Below, piece after piece: positions 1-9,418 of a stretch of DNA of 64,000 nucleotides. The position numbers and the translations under genes are program-made. The notes under the pieces were generated by a model, which worked only from the letters and a program-made list of their open reading frames with translations, had not been told where the DNA came from and made no database searches. The stretch comes from an archaeon (GTDB lineage Archaea; Nanobdellota; Nanobdellia; Pacearchaeales; GW2011-AR1), in the NCBI GenBank assembly GCA_021107855.1, contig JAIORZ010000002.1:245425-309424 (forward strand). The letters run 5' to 3'. Numbering within the stretch: the stretch's first letter is position 1; each line of letters starts with the position of its first letter.

Positions 1-122
1 AGATTATTCGGGTTAATGATGTTATTTGGGCTGCTATGAAGTTGGATGAGCAGGGGAATTGTGATTTCATGAAATTGATGAGGAAGAGGATTGGGTTGGT
101 TGAGAAATTAAAGAATAAATAG
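1..122 (+). CDS. 3' end of a hypothetical protein truncated by the window edge
   Basis: Open frame from position 3 (IIRVNDVIWAAMKLDEQGNCDFMKLMRKRIGLVEKLKNK) to TAG at 120-122, converging on the next gene. Confidence 0.55.
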   Translation, partial: IIRVNDVIWAAMKLDEQGNCDFMKLMRKRIGLVEKLKNK

Positions 123-124
123 TA

Positions 125-922
125 TTATTTTTTCTTTAATACCAATATACAATCGATAAAATTATCAAAATTCAGTTTCTTTAAAATTCTGTGCTGATTA
201 ATTATACTAAAAAAATCTAAAAAGAAAATTCTTAACTTAGATAATTTTTTTCCCTCTAAGTCCACAAAATAAGTTTCATGTTCTTTTAAGACAAATCCTT
301 TCCTTTCTAATTTTTTAATTAATTTGCCTTTATCTAATTTCTTTACTGGCAATATCCCCTTTAAACTCCTTTCTGCAATCAAATTAAAAATCTCTTTTGG
401 GATAGGAGTGAATTTTTTTTCACCTTTAGCTAGCCATGAAATATTATATTCGTCGAAGTATTTGGTTTTAAAAGTAAATCCTAAAATTAATAATCCGTTC
501 TTCTTTAACGCCTTAGTAGCCTTATTAAGCATAATCTCATGTGTTTTATCTGAGACGTGTTGCAATACATGAATACAGAAAATTGCATCCGCTTTATTTT
601 TACCTAAATTTATATCTTCAATTTTTTTATTGATGACCTTTATTGGCAGATTACCCTTATTAGTAATCTTTTTTGATCTTTTCCTATCAGGCTCAGTAGA
701 AATAATTTTTTTAAAGAATTTCCCGTATTCCCTAGTGTATCGACCCTCCCCAGCGCCAATATCAATCATTAAATTTCTATGTTTTTTATCAGAAAGATAA
801 GGTAAAACAATTTTATCCATTATATTTTTTTCAAGTATGTTCCAATTTTTTTCAAGAGATGTATCAGCATTAACAACTCCCCTTTCACTTTCCCCAGCAG
901 GATAACAATATTCTTTATTCAC
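125..922 (-). CDS. Class I SAM-dependent methyltransferase
   Basis: Motif I MIDIGAGEGRY, post-II ADAIFCIHVLQHV, KKNGLLIL; GTG start; AT-rich. Confidence 0.85.
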   Translation of the reverse strand: MNKEYCYPAGESERGVVNADTSLEKNWNILEKNIMDKIVLPYLSDKKHRNLMIDIGAGEGRYTREYGKFFKKIISTEPDRKRSKKITNKGNLPIKVINKKIEDINLGKNKADAIFCIHVLQHVSDKTHEIMLNKATKALKKNGLLILGFTFKTKYFDEYNISWLAKGEKKFTPIPKEIFNLIAERSLKGILPVKKLDKGKLIKKLERKGFVLKEHETYFVDLEGKKLSKLRIFFLDFFSIINQHRILKKLNFDNFIDCILVLKKK

Positions 923-1001
923 AAAGCAATAAAAATAAATTAGTTTATAGCCTTATCCATCCAAACATTTTTAATCAACCAGACCCTCTAATCCCTAAGA
1001 G

Positions 1002-1922
1002 ATGATGGCAAAATTAGACATAGTAACTTTCGGCAGCGGCGTAATAGACGTATTCGCCTCAACTTCCATCCCAGAAAAAAAAGGAAAACTAGACCTAGAA
1101 ATCGGCTCCAAATATCTCATTGACAATTTAAGGACGGACGTTGGAGGGGGGGGGACTAATGTTGCGGTTGCTTTTGCAAGGTTCGGATTTAAGACAGGAT
1201 GTGTTTGTGGGGTTGGTAAGGATGCGAATGGGCGTGAGGTTTTAGGGTGCCTGAAAAAGGAGAAAATAAAATTCTTGGGTAAGATTGGGGGTGGCAAAAC
1301 TGGGTATTCGGTGATAGTGGACAGTAAGAAAAACAATAGGACGATTTTGACTTTTAAGGGAGAGAGTAATGAGGTCGGCGGGAATAGTATCAAGAGGTTT
1401 GGGTCGAAGTGGTTGTATTTTTCGTCGTTGTTGGGGAAGAGTTTTGTTGCTCAGAGAAGGTTGGCTGCTAAGATGGTCGGGGGTGGTGTTAAACTGGCGT
1501 TTAATCCGAGTTCGTATTCTATTGAGAGGCAGAATATTGGGGGGCTGTTGAGATTGAGTTATGTTTTGGTTTTGAACAAGGAGGAAGCGGTTAGTTTGGC
1601 GAAAAGATATTATAAGTCTAGGAAAAAATTAGGACTTTTGGAGAAGTTGCATAGTTTGGGGCCGAAGGTGGTTGTTGTGACGGATAAGAATAAGGCCGTT
1701 AGGTGTTTCGATGGGAAAAAGGGATATAGTGTTGTGCCGAACAAGTCTAAGAAGGTTGTCGAGAGAACTGGAGCTGGAGATGCTTTTGCTGCGGGATTTG
1801 TTGCTGGGATGATTCGGGGGTTTGAGATAAGTAAGTGTTTGGAGTTGGGAATTGAAGAAAGTGAAGCTGTACTCGGGCATTTTGGGGCGAAGAATAATTT
1901 AATTAGAAGAAAATTAAAATGA
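1002..1922 (+). CDS. PfkB/ribokinase-family carbohydrate kinase
   Basis: N-terminal GGGGTNVAVAFARFG and C-terminal ERTGAGDAFAAGF PfkB signatures. Confidence 0.93.
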   Translation: MMAKLDIVTFGSGVIDVFASTSIPEKKGKLDLEIGSKYLIDNLRTDVGGGGTNVAVAFARFGFKTGCVCGVGKDANGREVLGCLKKEKIKFLGKIGGGKTGYSVIVDSKKNNRTILTFKGESNEVGGNSIKRFGSKWLYFSSLLGKSFVAQRRLAAKMVGGGVKLAFNPSSYSIERQNIGGLLRLSYVLVLNKEEAVSLAKRYYKSRKKLGLLEKLHSLGPKVVVVTDKNKAVRCFDGKKGYSVVPNKSKKVVERTGAGDAFAAGFVAGMIRGFEISKCLELGIEESEAVLGHFGAKNNLIRRKLK

Positions 1923-2683
1923 GACTAAAAAAATTCATTAACATGAAAAAGATTATGAAGAAAGGGAAAATTTTGTTGTTGGCATACGACCAAGGGATTG
2001 AACACGGTCCCACAGACTTTAATGATAAAAATGTTAATCCGGCGTATGTAATTAACATTGCAGGGAAGGGCGGTTATACTGGCTTGGTCTTACAGAAAGG
2101 TATCGCAGAGAAATATTATGATGAAGTCAAAAAAGCAAAAGTCCCATTGGTTTTAAAGTTAAATGGGAAGACCTCTCTTGTGAAAGGTGACCCCGTTTCA
2201 AGACAGCTAGCAACCATCGAAGAAGCCATTGACCTGGGGGCCGTCGCTGTTGGATATACGATTTATATCGGAAGCTTTCATGAAGAAGAAATGCTAGCCG
2301 AAGCTTCAAGAATTCAAAGAGAGGCACACAAAAAAGGTCTACCTCTAATTGTCTGGATTTATCCACGAGGAGCAGGAGTCAAAGACATCAAAAAATCAGA
2401 CTTAATGGCGTATGCCACCCGTGTTGCATTAACCATTGGAGCAGACGTCGTAAAAATTCACCCTGAGGGCAATATGGAAGATTTCAACTGGGCTGTCAAA
2501 TCTGCCGGGAAGGTTAAAGTGATTTGTGCTGGCGGTTCGAAGATGAAAGAGAAAATGCTTTTGGAAAAGATTTCTGGCTATATAAAAGAGGGTGGAAGTG
2601 GGATGGCAATTGGGCGAAATGTTTGGCAGGATGAGAAGCCGTTGAAGTTAACAAAAAAAATAAGAAAGATGGTCTGGGGATGA
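1919..2683 (+). CDS. fba: Archaeal/DhnA-type class I fructose-bisphosphate aldolase
   Basis: LAYDQGIEHGP, LKLNGKT, WIYPRG, GADVVKI (Schiff-base Lys), AGG, AIGRNVWQ. Confidence 0.92.
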   Translation: MRLKKFINMKKIMKKGKILLLAYDQGIEHGPTDFNDKNVNPAYVINIAGKGGYTGLVLQKGIAEKYYDEVKKAKVPLVLKLNGKTSLVKGDPVSRQLATIEEAIDLGAVAVGYTIYIGSFHEEEMLAEASRIQREAHKKGLPLIVWIYPRGAGVKDIKKSDLMAYATRVALTIGADVVKIHPEGNMEDFNWAVKSAGKVKVICAGGSKMKEKMLLEKISGYIKEGGSGMAIGRNVWQDEKPLKLTKKIRKMVWG

Positions 2684-3306
2684 AGCCATTAATCGTTGTC
2701 AATCTAAAAACCTATCAACAAGGCAAAGAAGTTTTGAAATTGTGTAAGAAAATTGAGAAGGTGGATAAGAATATCGTCGTCGGGGTCCAAGCTAGTGACA
2801 TTCTTGAAATTACCAAGGGGACGAAGTTGAAAGTGTATAGCCAGCATGTTGATTATGCCGAACCTGGGAGAAATACAGGGTTCATTTTGCCTGAGGCTGT
2901 TAAAGCGGATGGGGCGAAAGGAGTTTTCTTAAACCATAGTGAGCATCCCTTGAGCTGGAGTGTTTTGAAGAAAAGTATTTTGAGGTGTCAGAAGATTAAA
3001 CTAAAAACAATGGTTTTTGCGAAAGATTTGAAAGAAGGAAAAAAATTAGAAAAGTTAAAAGTCGATTATGTTATTATCGAGCCGCCTGAATTGGTTGCTG
3101 GGAAAGTTTCGATTAGTGAAGCACGACCTGAATTGATTGAGAAAATTGGGAAGAAATTAAAATGTAAGTTTTTGGTTGGCGCTGGGGTTCATTCAGAAAA
3201 AGATGTTGAAGTTGCGATGAAGTTTGGGGCAGTTGGGGCCGCTTTGTCGTCGGCTGTGACGACGGCTAAAAATCCCGGGAAAGTTTTGAAAAAACTATTA
3301 AGTTAA
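2680..3306 (+). CDS. tpiA: Triosephosphate isomerase, archaeal type
   Basis: VNLKTY, LNHSEH, IEPPELVAG, GAGV, SSAV motifs; short archaeal length of 208 aa. Confidence 0.95.
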   Translation: MKPLIVVNLKTYQQGKEVLKLCKKIEKVDKNIVVGVQASDILEITKGTKLKVYSQHVDYAEPGRNTGFILPEAVKADGAKGVFLNHSEHPLSWSVLKKSILRCQKIKLKTMVFAKDLKEGKKLEKLKVDYVIIEPPELVAGKVSISEARPELIEKIGKKLKCKFLVGAGVHSEKDVEVAMKFGAVGAALSSAVTTAKNPGKVLKKLLS

Positions 3307-3307
3307 A

Positions 3308-3628
3308 ATGCACGAACACACATTCATAGAAGCCATCGTCAGAAACATCAAAGACAAAGAAGACGTAAAAGGGATTATTCTAGAAGTCGGTGAACTAGCC
3401 GGAATCGAACCCGAACACCTAAAAGAACACATCCAAGAAAAATTTGATTGGGATGTTGAAGTCCTAAAAAAAGACGCTCTAGTTAAATGCGAATGCGGAT
3501 TTGAAGGCAAACCCAAGGTTTTGGAAAGGTTGCATGATTTAGTTATATTCGAATGCGAAAAATGCGGAGAAGTCCCAGAAATTTTAGAAGGCAAGGATAT
3601 AAAAATTGTGAAGATTATCTATCGCTGA
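3308..3628 (+). CDS. hypA: Hydrogenase maturation nickel metallochaperone HypA
   Basis: MHE N-terminus, LEVGEL, two Cys pairs (CEC, CEKC), G-x-D-I-x-I C-terminus. Confidence 0.9.
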   Translation: MHEHTFIEAIVRNIKDKEDVKGIILEVGELAGIEPEHLKEHIQEKFDWDVEVLKKDALVKCECGFEGKPKVLERLHDLVIFECEKCGEVPEILEGKDIKIVKIIYR

Positions 3629-3837
3629 TGTGTTTAAGTATACCTGGCAAAGTAATTGAAATTAAAAAAGATGGAAGTTGCGTCGTTGATTACGAAGCAG
3701 AAAAAAGAACAGCAACTATTTTTACAGACGATATAAAAGTGGGAGATTATGTAATCGTCAGTGCAAAAGTTGTAGTCATGAAAATTCCGAAAGACCAAGC
3801 TCTCGATTATCTAAACGCCATAAAGGACTACTCATGA
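3628..3837 (+). CDS. hypC: HypC/HupF family chaperone (start corrected to ATG 3628)
   Basis: MCLSIPGKVIEI N-terminus, KVGDYVIV; ATG overlaps the hypA TGA; the usual His of VHxGxA is missing. Confidence 0.85.
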   Translation: MCLSIPGKVIEIKKDGSCVVDYEAEKRTATIFTDDIKVGDYVIVSAKVVVMKIPKDQALDYLNAIKDYS

Positions 3838-4319
3838 TGTCTTCTGAAGAGCTTTTTCTAAAATATTCATTCCCGTGTGCACATGTCTTATTGCAAGCTG
3901 GTGCGATGACGAAGGAAAGATATACAGAACTCGAGGAAAGTGCAAAAACAGGGAAATCATTATCTAGAGAATTAATGGAATCATCCTTCCCGTCGGCATT
4001 TAGAAGACTTGAAGAACTTGCCAAAGAGATGAAAATTGAAGACCACTGGGACATTAGAGTTATGAAAGAATATTGGCACAAAAGACATAATAAATTTATA
4101 GACAATAGAGACGGAAGTTACGCGAAATTCCCCGAAGTTTTTTGTGATTATTGCAAAGTTCATATAGCAGAGATTGTGGATATTTTGCCGAAGGGATTTT
4201 TAATGGTTGAATACAATAAAACAAGACGACCCGTTTCTGGTGATTATATTTCAAACGCGAAAATCAAAGATAAAGTCAGAATTCATCACGGTCATGCAAT
4301 AGAAAAAGTTGATGACTAA
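3834..4319 (+). CDS. Hypothetical hydrogenase-associated protein with a C-terminal HypC-like domain (DUF6390-like N-terminus possible)
   Basis: C-terminal ~55 aa CKVHIAEIVDI...RRPVS...KIKDKVRIHHGHAIEKVDD aligns by eye with HypC; LFLKYSFPC recalls the DUF6390 N-terminus. Confidence 0.55.
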   Translation: MMSSEELFLKYSFPCAHVLLQAGAMTKERYTELEESAKTGKSLSRELMESSFPSAFRRLEELAKEMKIEDHWDIRVMKEYWHKRHNKFIDNRDGSYAKFPEVFCDYCKVHIAEIVDILPKGFLMVEYNKTRRPVSGDYISNAKIKDKVRIHHGHAIEKVDD

Positions 4320-5233
4320 ATTTCATCCAATTTTCTCTCGCTCTTCGTCTTTATCACCAAATACGCCCCTATCAAAATCAATATCGAACCGATTAACTGC
4401 GTCGCCAAAACCTGCTCCCCCAACCAAACCACAGCCAGAATCAACGAAATCACCGGAGATATCAACAATATCGTCGCAGCCTTCGACAAATTAATATATT
4501 TAAGCCCCCAATACCAAGTCAGAACATAAGTGAAAAGCAGAGCTCCAGATATTACAATATAAAGAATTTGTTGTGAAGTTAAAGTTGCGATTAGCTGAAT
4601 TTTCCCTGTTAAAAATATTATAGAGAAAAGCACAAGAGACCCGAAAAACATCCTCGAGAAAGTTACCATCCAATTACTTTCCTTATTCAACATGGCTTTT
4701 TTGGAAATCGTATTTTCTATCGCCCAAAGAACCGTTGCTCCCAAAATCAAAAAATCGCCCATCCTAATCTCCGCAGAGAGTTTTGTGAATTCCATTATAA
4801 AAAGCCCAATCAACATTATTCCAAGAGCCGTTAGTTGTTGTTTTGTTATTTTCTCTTTTAAGAAAACAAATCCTAAGATTAATGCGTAGATTGGCAATGT
4901 CTTATGAAGAAACGCCGCCCTCCCGCCAAGCGTCATTTTAAGCCCCGTAAAGAACAACCAAAAAGCGAAGCCCCCACCGATAATCCCGATTGATAAAAGA
5001 GCTTTCCATGATCTTTCTTTCGGCTTCTTACATCCTCCTCTTCTATAAAAATAAAGCGAAATCAAAAAAAATATTATTCCAATTCCAAGACCTCTCATCG
5101 CCGTTAAAAGCAACGGGTCAATTTTCACCACAAAGAATTTATTCGCTATAATCGAAAAACCAGAAACAATCGCCGTCAGCAAAACAAGAAGTGTACCCCG
5201 AATCTCATTCTTAGAAAACTTCACCTTTTTCAT
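4316..5233 (-). CDS. DMT/EamA-family transporter
   Basis: About 10 hydrophobic helices in two repeats; P-I-Y-A-L-I-L-G-x-x-F-L-K-E-K-I and P-V-I-S-L-I-L-A-V-V-W-L-G-E motifs. Confidence 0.9.
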   Translation of the reverse strand: MKKVKFSKNEIRGTLLVLLTAIVSGFSIIANKFFVVKIDPLLLTAMRGLGIGIIFFLISLYFYRRGGCKKPKERSWKALLSIGIIGGGFAFWLFFTGLKMTLGGRAAFLHKTLPIYALILGFVFLKEKITKQQLTALGIMLIGLFIMEFTKLSAEIRMGDFLILGATVLWAIENTISKKAMLNKESNWMVTFSRMFFGSLVLFSIIFLTGKIQLIATLTSQQILYIVISGALLFTYVLTWYWGLKYINLSKAATILLISPVISLILAVVWLGEQVLATQLIGSILILIGAYLVIKTKSERKLDEI

Positions 5234-5283
5234 ATCCCCCCGAACTTGAAAATGTTTTTATATCTTTCTTTCTAAATTATTTT

Positions 5284-5670
5284 ATGGTTAAAATCATCTG
5301 CCTAGGGAACGAATTCATCGAAGAGGATTCTCTCGCGAAGGATATAGGTAAAAAATTAAAAAATGATTTCGAAATTATTAATATCAAAGACAGCTTCCAG
5401 TTGATGAGTATTCTAAATGACGATAGTGATTTCGTTTTATTAGACGTCGTGCAGGGATTAGACAAAGTTTGCTTGTTGGAAATAAAAGATTTGAAAAAAG
5501 ACACAATCACAAGTGCACACGATTTTGATGCCGCCTATGTTCTAAAGTTATTAAATAAAGACGTAAAAATTATTGGCATTCCAACGACGGGGAACTTAGA
5601 AGAAATCAAAAGAGAAGTCATCCAACTAATCAAATCCATTCAACTTCCAAAAAATGTGTCGAACAACTAA
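5284..5670 (+). CDS. Hydrogenase maturation endopeptidase (HycI/HyaD-like)
   Basis: IICLGNEFIEEDS, VLLDVV, SAHDF, IIGIP; converges on hydA with a 41-bp overlap. Confidence 0.8.
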   Translation: MVKIICLGNEFIEEDSLAKDIGKKLKNDFEIINIKDSFQLMSILNDDSDFVLLDVVQGLDKVCLLEIKDLKKDTITSAHDFDAAYVLKLLNKDVKIIGIPTTGNLEEIKREVIQLIKSIQLPKNVSNN

Positions 5671-6907
5671 AGCAAGGGTCATAAGCCCGAATTAATTTCT
5701 CTATCTGATTTACAATTTTCTTCTGTGAAGCTTTTTGTCTAAGGAGATTATCCACCAGCGACGTGATATCCACTTCCATCATATTAAGATTCTGCGCAGT
5801 CGGAGTTATTATATTACAATATTCTATTTCGCCCTTCCCATTTATTTTATATTCATGGAAAAGAGTTCCTCTAGGTGCCTCAACAGCCGAGACCCCAACA
5901 CCAGCCTTAATCTCAAGCCTCGAACTCTCCTCGTGAGCCGGCGGACTTTCCAAAAGCTCTATTATCCTATTAGTCGCATTCAAAATTTCAAGAGCCTGAC
6001 AAACTAAGTTATAATACGGATTTACAAAAGGAAGTTTCAAGTCAAGTTCCTTCAAAACAAAAGAAAGTTGCCGTTTGCTCTCAGGGTCCAACTGCTCCGA
6101 ATTATTACTTATCCTCGCAATCGCTCCCGCCGAATACGGCTTATCTTTATGCAAAACAAATTTAGAAGTTGCATATTCCTTAATATTCTCGGTCAGATGA
6201 GTCTTATAATCATCGTCTATAAAAGTCTCTTCTTGCGAAGCCACCCTCCCAGAGATATTCGCATACATACCCTCTTCCTTCAACGAAAGATACTCCGACT
6301 TCCTCTCCAATTTTTGATAGTGCAAACTCGAAAATAATTTAATCGTCTTTAGAATAACAGGCTTAGACTCTTTCAGATGAATTAAAATATTAGAAAAATC
6401 TCCGTGAGGAGAATCTTCATTAATTTTCAAAAACGGATGCATATCTCTCCCACCAAATTCTTCTACAACTTTATTTCCTAACGTGATTACTTTCAAAGCA
6501 TCATTCACCTTCCCCTTATCCTGTTTTTTCAAAGTCAAAGCAGAAGAAGCACCCAAATAATCAGGAAGCGACATAAAATAAAGATGCGTCGCATGACTCC
6601 GAATTCTCTCCCCTAAAAGAAGAATCTCTCTTATAAATTTCTGTTTCGGCGACGGATTTATCCCCAACGCCTCTTCCAATCCTTGAACAGACGCAACAGA
6701 GTGCGAACACGAACAAATTCCACATATCCTAGAAACTATCTCCTGAATATCCTCAATCTTTCTCCCAAGAACCAACGCCTCAAAAAATCGCGCACCCTCC
6801 GAAGCCTTCAAACAACATTCCTTCACTTTATCCTTCTCTATTCTTAGAGTTAAATGCGCGTGCCCTTCTATCTTACAAATATGATTCAAATTTATCTCTC
6901 TAACCAT
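5630..6907 (-). CDS. hydA: Group 3b NiFe hydrogenase large (alpha) subunit
   Basis: KIEGH, L1 SRICGICSCSH, EAPRGTLFH, L2 RAYDPCFSCSTH followed by a 7-aa cleavable tail. Confidence 0.95.
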   Translation of the reverse strand: MVREINLNHICKIEGHAHLTLRIEKDKVKECCLKASEGARFFEALVLGRKIEDIQEIVSRICGICSCSHSVASVQGLEEALGINPSPKQKFIREILLLGERIRSHATHLYFMSLPDYLGASSALTLKKQDKGKVNDALKVITLGNKVVEEFGGRDMHPFLKINEDSPHGDFSNILIHLKESKPVILKTIKLFSSLHYQKLERKSEYLSLKEEGMYANISGRVASQEETFIDDDYKTHLTENIKEYATSKFVLHKDKPYSAGAIARISNNSEQLDPESKRQLSFVLKELDLKLPFVNPYYNLVCQALEILNATNRIIELLESPPAHEESSRLEIKAGVGVSAVEAPRGTLFHEYKINGKGEIEYCNIITPTAQNLNMMEVDITSLVDNLLRQKASQKKIVNQIEKLIRAYDPCFSCSTHFLEVEWI

Positions 6908-7665
6908 TTCGACGACTCACCCTCCTCCTCTTTAAATGCTAACCCCGCAAAAGTCTCAAGTTTATCCTTTATCTCCTTATTGGTGTGCCCCATTTCTTTC
7001 AGCATCTTAAAAAAAGCTTCGTAATTCGCATCCTTACAGGGCCCCCGACACCCATAACAAGTCGTATCATTACTAGGACAAAGTGCACCACACCCTCCAT
7101 TCGTAATCGGACCCAAACATATTTTGCCCTCTTCTAACAAGCACGGGTTACCTTTTTTTCTACATTCAAAACATACAGGACTAGTATAAGACTTAAATTC
7201 TCTACCCGTCAAAATACATTTTACAAATTCCAAAATTTCCTTCTTATCTGGAGGGCATTGTGGAAGATAATAATCAACTTTGATATGGTCACCGATTGGC
7301 GTCGGGTCGACCTCTTTCAAATGATTATATTTTGGATAAACGAAACTCATTATTTTTTCCTGGTTATGGAAATTTCTAATCGACGGCACACACCCAAAAC
7401 ACGCACAAGAACCCAAAGCCACCACCTTATCCGAACGCTTCCTTAATTCATTTATTGTCACAATATCCTCATCAAAACAAACCGTCCCCTCTATAAAACA
7501 ATAATCAAATTTACCCTTATACGAATCTTCTTTAATAAAAGGAAACGACTTAATATCAACCATCTTTACCAACTCCTTAAAACAATCTTCATACAGAACC
7601 GTAAGCAAACAGCCCGAACATCCCGAAACCCCATAAAACCCAACCTTAATTTTTTCCTTCATCAT
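6892..7665 (-). CDS. hydD: Group 3b hydrogenase small (delta) subunit
   Basis: GCSGC, EGTV, GSCACFG, PQCPP, VCFEC, CLGPIT..GCGALCP, CYGCRGP Fe-S ligands. Confidence 0.93.
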   Translation of the reverse strand: MMKEKIKVGFYGVSGCSGCLLTVLYEDCFKELVKMVDIKSFPFIKEDSYKGKFDYCFIEGTVCFDEDIVTINELRKRSDKVVALGSCACFGCVPSIRNFHNQEKIMSFVYPKYNHLKEVDPTPIGDHIKVDYYLPQCPPDKKEILEFVKCILTGREFKSYTSPVCFECRKKGNPCLLEEGKICLGPITNGGCGALCPSNDTTCYGCRGPCKDANYEAFFKMLKEMGHTNKEIKDKLETFAGLAFKEEEGESSKWLER

Positions 7666-8471
7666 CTCCCCTCCTGACTAGAATTCTCATTATCCAGCCT
7701 CGGTTTTATTACATCGTATCTAAATATCGGTCCATCCTTACAAGCATACAAATCCTGAATCTGACATCTCCCACACGAACCAAACGCACACTCCATTCTC
7801 CGCTCCATCGACCAATATATATTTTCATTTTGCATCCCCAACTTATTCAATTCCCCCGTCGCAACATTCATCATAATTTCCGGACCACAAAGAAGCGCCA
7901 CAGTATTTTCCACATCCGGCTTATGCCTTTCCATAATATCATTTATGAAACCCTTCTCGTATTCGTGAGAATCAGGGTCGGAAGAAAGCCCAACAAAAAC
8001 ATGAAATTCCTCTTCCCATTTTTTTATCCTCTCCTTCAACAAAACATTCTCTTCATCCCGAAATCCGAAATAAATAAAAATCTTTCCAAACAACTTTTTG
8101 TTTTGCTCAATATAATTTATCATAGACGTTATCGGAGCAATCCCAGTCCCACCCGCTATCAAAATCAAATTCCTACTCTTCAACTCCTCTATCGGAAACC
8201 CCTTACCATACGGACCTCGGACAAATATACTACCATTTTTTCTCAAATTAAATATCGCAGAAGTCACATTGCCAGCATTCTTCGTTAAAAGTTCGAGATA
8301 ATCTCTGCTATGAGAACACGACGCAAGAGGACACTCCCCAATCCCGGGAACCGACACTTCCACAAAAGTTCCAGGACTCGGATTCAAATTACACTTTATC
8401 TTGAAAAGCTTCACGTCCTTCGCATAGCTCTCCACCGACGATATTTTATAGGATTTTGGTTGGTAACTCAT
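7662..8471 (-). CDS. hydG: Group 3b hydrogenase gamma subunit (FAD/NAD(P)-binding, 2Fe-2S)
   Basis: RGPYGKGF, AGGTGIAP, CGPEIMM, ERRMECAFGSCGRC...CKDGP. Confidence 0.92.
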   Translation of the reverse strand: MSYQPKSYKISSVESYAKDVKLFKIKCNLNPSPGTFVEVSVPGIGECPLASCSHSRDYLELLTKNAGNVTSAIFNLRKNGSIFVRGPYGKGFPIEELKSRNLILIAGGTGIAPITSMINYIEQNKKLFGKIFIYFGFRDEENVLLKERIKKWEEEFHVFVGLSSDPDSHEYEKGFINDIMERHKPDVENTVALLCGPEIMMNVATGELNKLGMQNENIYWSMERRMECAFGSCGRCQIQDLYACKDGPIFRYDVIKPRLDNENSSQEGR

Positions 8472-9418
8472 GATTTTGATATTTTATTTATTGTTTCGAC
8501 CCAGTCGATTTTTGTCGGACACACTCTCAAACATCTTCCACATCCAACACACATCGGGCGATTATATATTTTCTTATAATAAGATATTTTATGATACACG
8601 AAATGCTTGAATCTCGAAAGACGCGAATCCCGATATGATTTTCCCCCAGCCACACGCGAAAATGATTTCAACTGACAAGAAGCTTGACATCTTTTTCTCT
8701 CGCCATTTTTTAAATCGAGGTCAAGATCATCTTTTATATCAAAACAATTACACGTCGGGCAATATACCGTACAAGCCGAACAACTCAAACATTTATCCGC
8801 GTCCCCTTCCCAAATTTTATCCTTATAGTTTTCCCCTATCTCTAAATTTTCAAGTTTCTTAAAGTTCGCAGGATTCGGAATTTTGATCTCTTTTTTAACA
8901 GAAGAAAGATTTTTTACCAAGGCTCCCCCTATTTTAGAACCCACATCAATATAATAGTTCTCCCCCTTTAGGTAGAAAAAAAGGTCATGATAATCCTGAA
9001 GTTGCATCGAGTTACAAAAGCAATACTCGTCCGGATTCTCACAAAATAAACCAATTAAAACAGTATTCTTTCTTTTCGCAAGATATTGCTGGTCATACAT
9101 AACTTTATCGACTATCTGAATCGCATTAAGGTCACATTTTCTTAACCCAAAAAGAATCGTTTTCTTTATCTCGCCTTTCGTCTCTACCGCCTTTTTATTT
9201 TTAAATTCCAAAAGCGTTTCATCCTCTGGAAGAAATTGAATTTTTGCTGGGACCTGAGTTATACTATCAAAATAAATTTCATCAAAAGAACTTATCTTTT
9301 GGAATTTAGAATTCGGAGATTTCACCGGAGCCACAACCTCATATTTTTTAATTAAACTATCAATAAATTCCGGGAACTCTTTTTTCGGTAATATTTTCTG
9401 CATTTTATCATCTCTCAA
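8468..9418 (-). CDS. hydB: Group 3b hydrogenase beta subunit (4Fe-4S dicluster)
   Basis: GLRKCDL, CFCNS, CLSCSACTVYCPTCNCF, CVGCGRCLRVCP. Confidence 0.92.
   Translation of the reverse strand: MRDDKMQKILPKKEFPEFIDSLIKKYEVVAPVKSPNSKFQKISSFDEIYFDSITQVPAKIQFLPEDETLLEFKNKKAVETKGEIKKTILFGLRKCDLNAIQIVDKVMYDQQYLAKRKNTVLIGLFCENPDEYCFCNSMQLQDYHDLFFYLKGENYYIDVGSKIGGALVKNLSSVKKEIKIPNPANFKKLENLEIGENYKDKIWEGDADKCLSCSACTVYCPTCNCFDIKDDLDLDLKNGERKRCQASCQLKSFSRVAGGKSYRDSRLSRFKHFVYHKISYYKKIYNRPMCVGCGRCLRVCPTKIDWVETINKISKS

Noticed and set aside
1146-1154. G9 homopolymer in pfkB as a phase-variation tract
   Set aside because: It encodes the conserved GGGG of the PfkB N-terminal motif, lies in a G-rich block, and the frame is intact.
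5630-6907. Selenocysteine-containing (NiFeSe) hydrogenase
   Set aside because: The L2 motif has Cys at both positions and there is no in-frame TGA.
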